DNA of 64,000 nucleotides from an uncultured cyanobacterium (GTDB lineage: Bacteria > Cyanobacteriota > Cyanobacteriia > Cyanobacteriales > Nostocaceae): positions 2,432,001 to 2,496,000 of the forward strand of contig OY970166.1 of NCBI GenBank assembly GCA_963706595.1, written 5' to 3'. Positions 62,431 to 64,000 of the stretch are shown piece by piece; position 1 is the first letter of the stretch, and each line of letters opens with the position of its first letter. Below the pieces are notes generated by a model, which had not been told where the DNA came from, did not search any database, and was given only the letters and a program-made list of their open reading frames with translations. Both the position numbers and the translations under genes were made by a program.

Positions 62431-63711
62431 CTAAGCAGCACTGGGAAACGCCCTATTAATCGCTGTCTCTTGACCAACCAAAGAAATATAAGGTTCTTGT
62501 AAATACTTACACGCAGATGTTATGGCATCTTTGACACTCACAGATGCAATCAGTTCTTGAAACTGCTGGTCAAAATCAAGTCCTAAACCTAGCGTTTCAT
62601 ACCAACCGTATATTTGAGCAATTTGTCCGTTAGTTTGTTTACCCAAAGCATATTGACCTAAAATTTTGTTTTTAGCCGCTTGCAAGGCAGTTTCTACTAC
62701 TTCTGTCGTACAGAGTAAATCCACTTCTTGACGTAGCCCTTGCAGAGCGATGCTGGTATTTTCTGGTGCTGTACCCATATACACCACAAATGCCCCTGGA
62801 TACAGCCTTGTGGGATAAAATGCCGAGACTTCGTAAGCTAAACCCCGTTTTTCCCGTAATTCCACAAACAAGCGGCTAGAAAGCCCATTGCCCAAGTAGG
62901 TAGACAGTAATTTTAATGGGGCGTAGTCTGGACAATTAACCGATGACCCCAAATAACCCAACATCACAATTGACTGCTGTGTTTGTACAGGCTGTAGTCG
63001 ATGCTGCGGTTCTGCTTGAACTTCTGGTAAAGTAATTAATGGTAAGGGTTGTGGCGGAATTTGCCAATCGCCAAATACTTGTTCTACAAGTGCTACCGCA
63101 TCTTCTAAGGTAACTCGCCCGGCAATACTAATGACTAAATTATCTGGGCGAAAATAAGTTTGGTGATACTGCACTAAGTCATCACGAGATAAGCCGCCCA
63201 TTGTGGTTTCATCTCCCAATATTGACATAGCATAGGGATGATTTTGGTAGATTACCTGCCGCATTTGGCTAAAAGCAATGGTAAAGGGCTGTTCTTTTTG
63301 AGAACGAATATTTTGCAGTGCTAAACGCTTCTCTAGTTCCACTTGGGCTTCGGGAAATGTAGGCGATCGCAATATTCGCCCAGCCAATGTTAAAATCTCC
63401 GAGAAGTCCGATGTCACCGTCTTTAAAGACAACAAAAAATAATCAGTCGCAGCATCTGCACTTAAACTTGCACCCACAGATTCCACTTTTTCAGCCAGTT
63501 CCCAGCTTGAAAGTCCTTCACATCCTTTGGTCATCACTGCTGAGAGCAAATGGGCTAACCCCGCTTTTTCTCGCCTTTCGTAACAACTACCAGCCCGGAC
63601 AAACATCCGCGCCGCCACAATATCCGCCACCGGATTTTCAGCCACCAGCACTACAATGCCATTACTCAATACAGTCCGATGAATAGGAGAGGAAGATAAG
63701 GAAGGTTTCAC
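62431..63711 (-). CDS. M16 family peptidase, subunit lacking HXXEH
   Basis: LSNGIVV...GLAHLLSAV...SSRLFVELREKRGLAY. Confidence 0.88.
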   Translation of the reverse strand: MKPSLSSSPIHRTVLSNGIVVLVAENPVADIVAARMFVRAGSCYERREKAGLAHLLSAVMTKGCEGLSSWELAEKVESVGASLSADAATDYFLLSLKTVTSDFSEILTLAGRILRSPTFPEAQVELEKRLALQNIRSQKEQPFTIAFSQMRQVIYQNHPYAMSILGDETTMGGLSRDDLVQYHQTYFRPDNLVISIAGRVTLEDAVALVEQVFGDWQIPPQPLPLITLPEVQAEPQHRLQPVQTQQSIVMLGYLGSSVNCPDYAPLKLLSTYLGNGLSSRLFVELREKRGLAYEVSAFYPTRLYPGAFVVYMGTAPENTSIALQGLRQEVDLLCTTEVVETALQAAKNKILGQYALGKQTNGQIAQIYGWYETLGLGLDFDQQFQELIASVSVKDAITSACKYLQEPYISLVGQETAINRAFPSAA

Positions 63712-63791
63712 AATAATTAGTAATCTATGATTAGTTATTCTTGATGGTTACAGCAGTTTGGAATTGAATCAAGTACACATCTTAATATTAT

Positions 63792-64000
63792 TTAACAGGA
63801 TTTAAGGATAGTTACCGCATAATTTTGCGGTGAAAGGAACTGTTGCGCTAATTGTTGCAGTTCTTGAGTATCAAACGATTGAATCTGTTGAGGATATGCC
63901 ACTGCTAATTCAGCTTGAGCAATAGTATTGTAATATCCATAAAGCCCGGTTAACTGATTTGGTGTTTCCGTAGAAAAAGCATACTCATTACAAACCAGTC
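63792..64000 (-). CDS. 3' end of an upstream gene, probably the partner M16 peptidase
   Basis: Open frame ...CNEYAFSTETPNQLTGLYGYYNTI...QQLAQQFLSPQNYAVTILKSC*. Confidence 0.7.
   Translation of the reverse strand, partial: LVCNEYAFSTETPNQLTGLYGYYNTIAQAELAVAYPQQIQSFDTQELQQLAQQFLSPQNYAVTILKSC

Overview
64 kb of chromosome from a filamentous cyanobacterium, very likely a heterocyst-forming Nostocales. Evidence for this: frequent HIP1 GCGATCGC sites, heptamer tandem repeats, an nrrA orthologue with an NtcA promoter, and a Nostoc-type pilA-ogt locus. The housekeeping backbone includes tRNA-Pro, csaB, hisA, nrrA, grxD/bolA, tadA, glpX, hemA, pgi, mdh, ndhO, mutM, psaE, mraY, psb28, ntrC and M16 peptidases. 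It is interrupted by many small accessory modules: toxin-antitoxin pairs (some broken), PD-(D/E)XK proteins, MITEs and very small repeats, and a decayed phnC-phnE. The most notable items are: (1) a tightly coupled three-gene operon at 26790-30948 (winged-helix-like protein, P-loop ATPase, DUF1802-like/Mrr-type nuclease fusion), a candidate uncharacterised defence or restriction system; (2) a type IV pilin modification island at about 41-57 kb with three SPINDLY/OGT-like genes, where a 1273-aa methyltransferase-glycosyltransferase joins a start-less TPR-OGT frame only through a -1 shift at a T9 tract; (3) two diverged copies of a small protein + retropepsin-like protease gene pair; (4) a nested MITE-IS630-MITE array inside an ISAs1, which itself sits inside a dispersed repeat. 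Single-base frameshifts in mdh and an ABC ATPase mean assembly indels cannot be excluded. All family assignments come from recognising motifs by eye, not from database searches.
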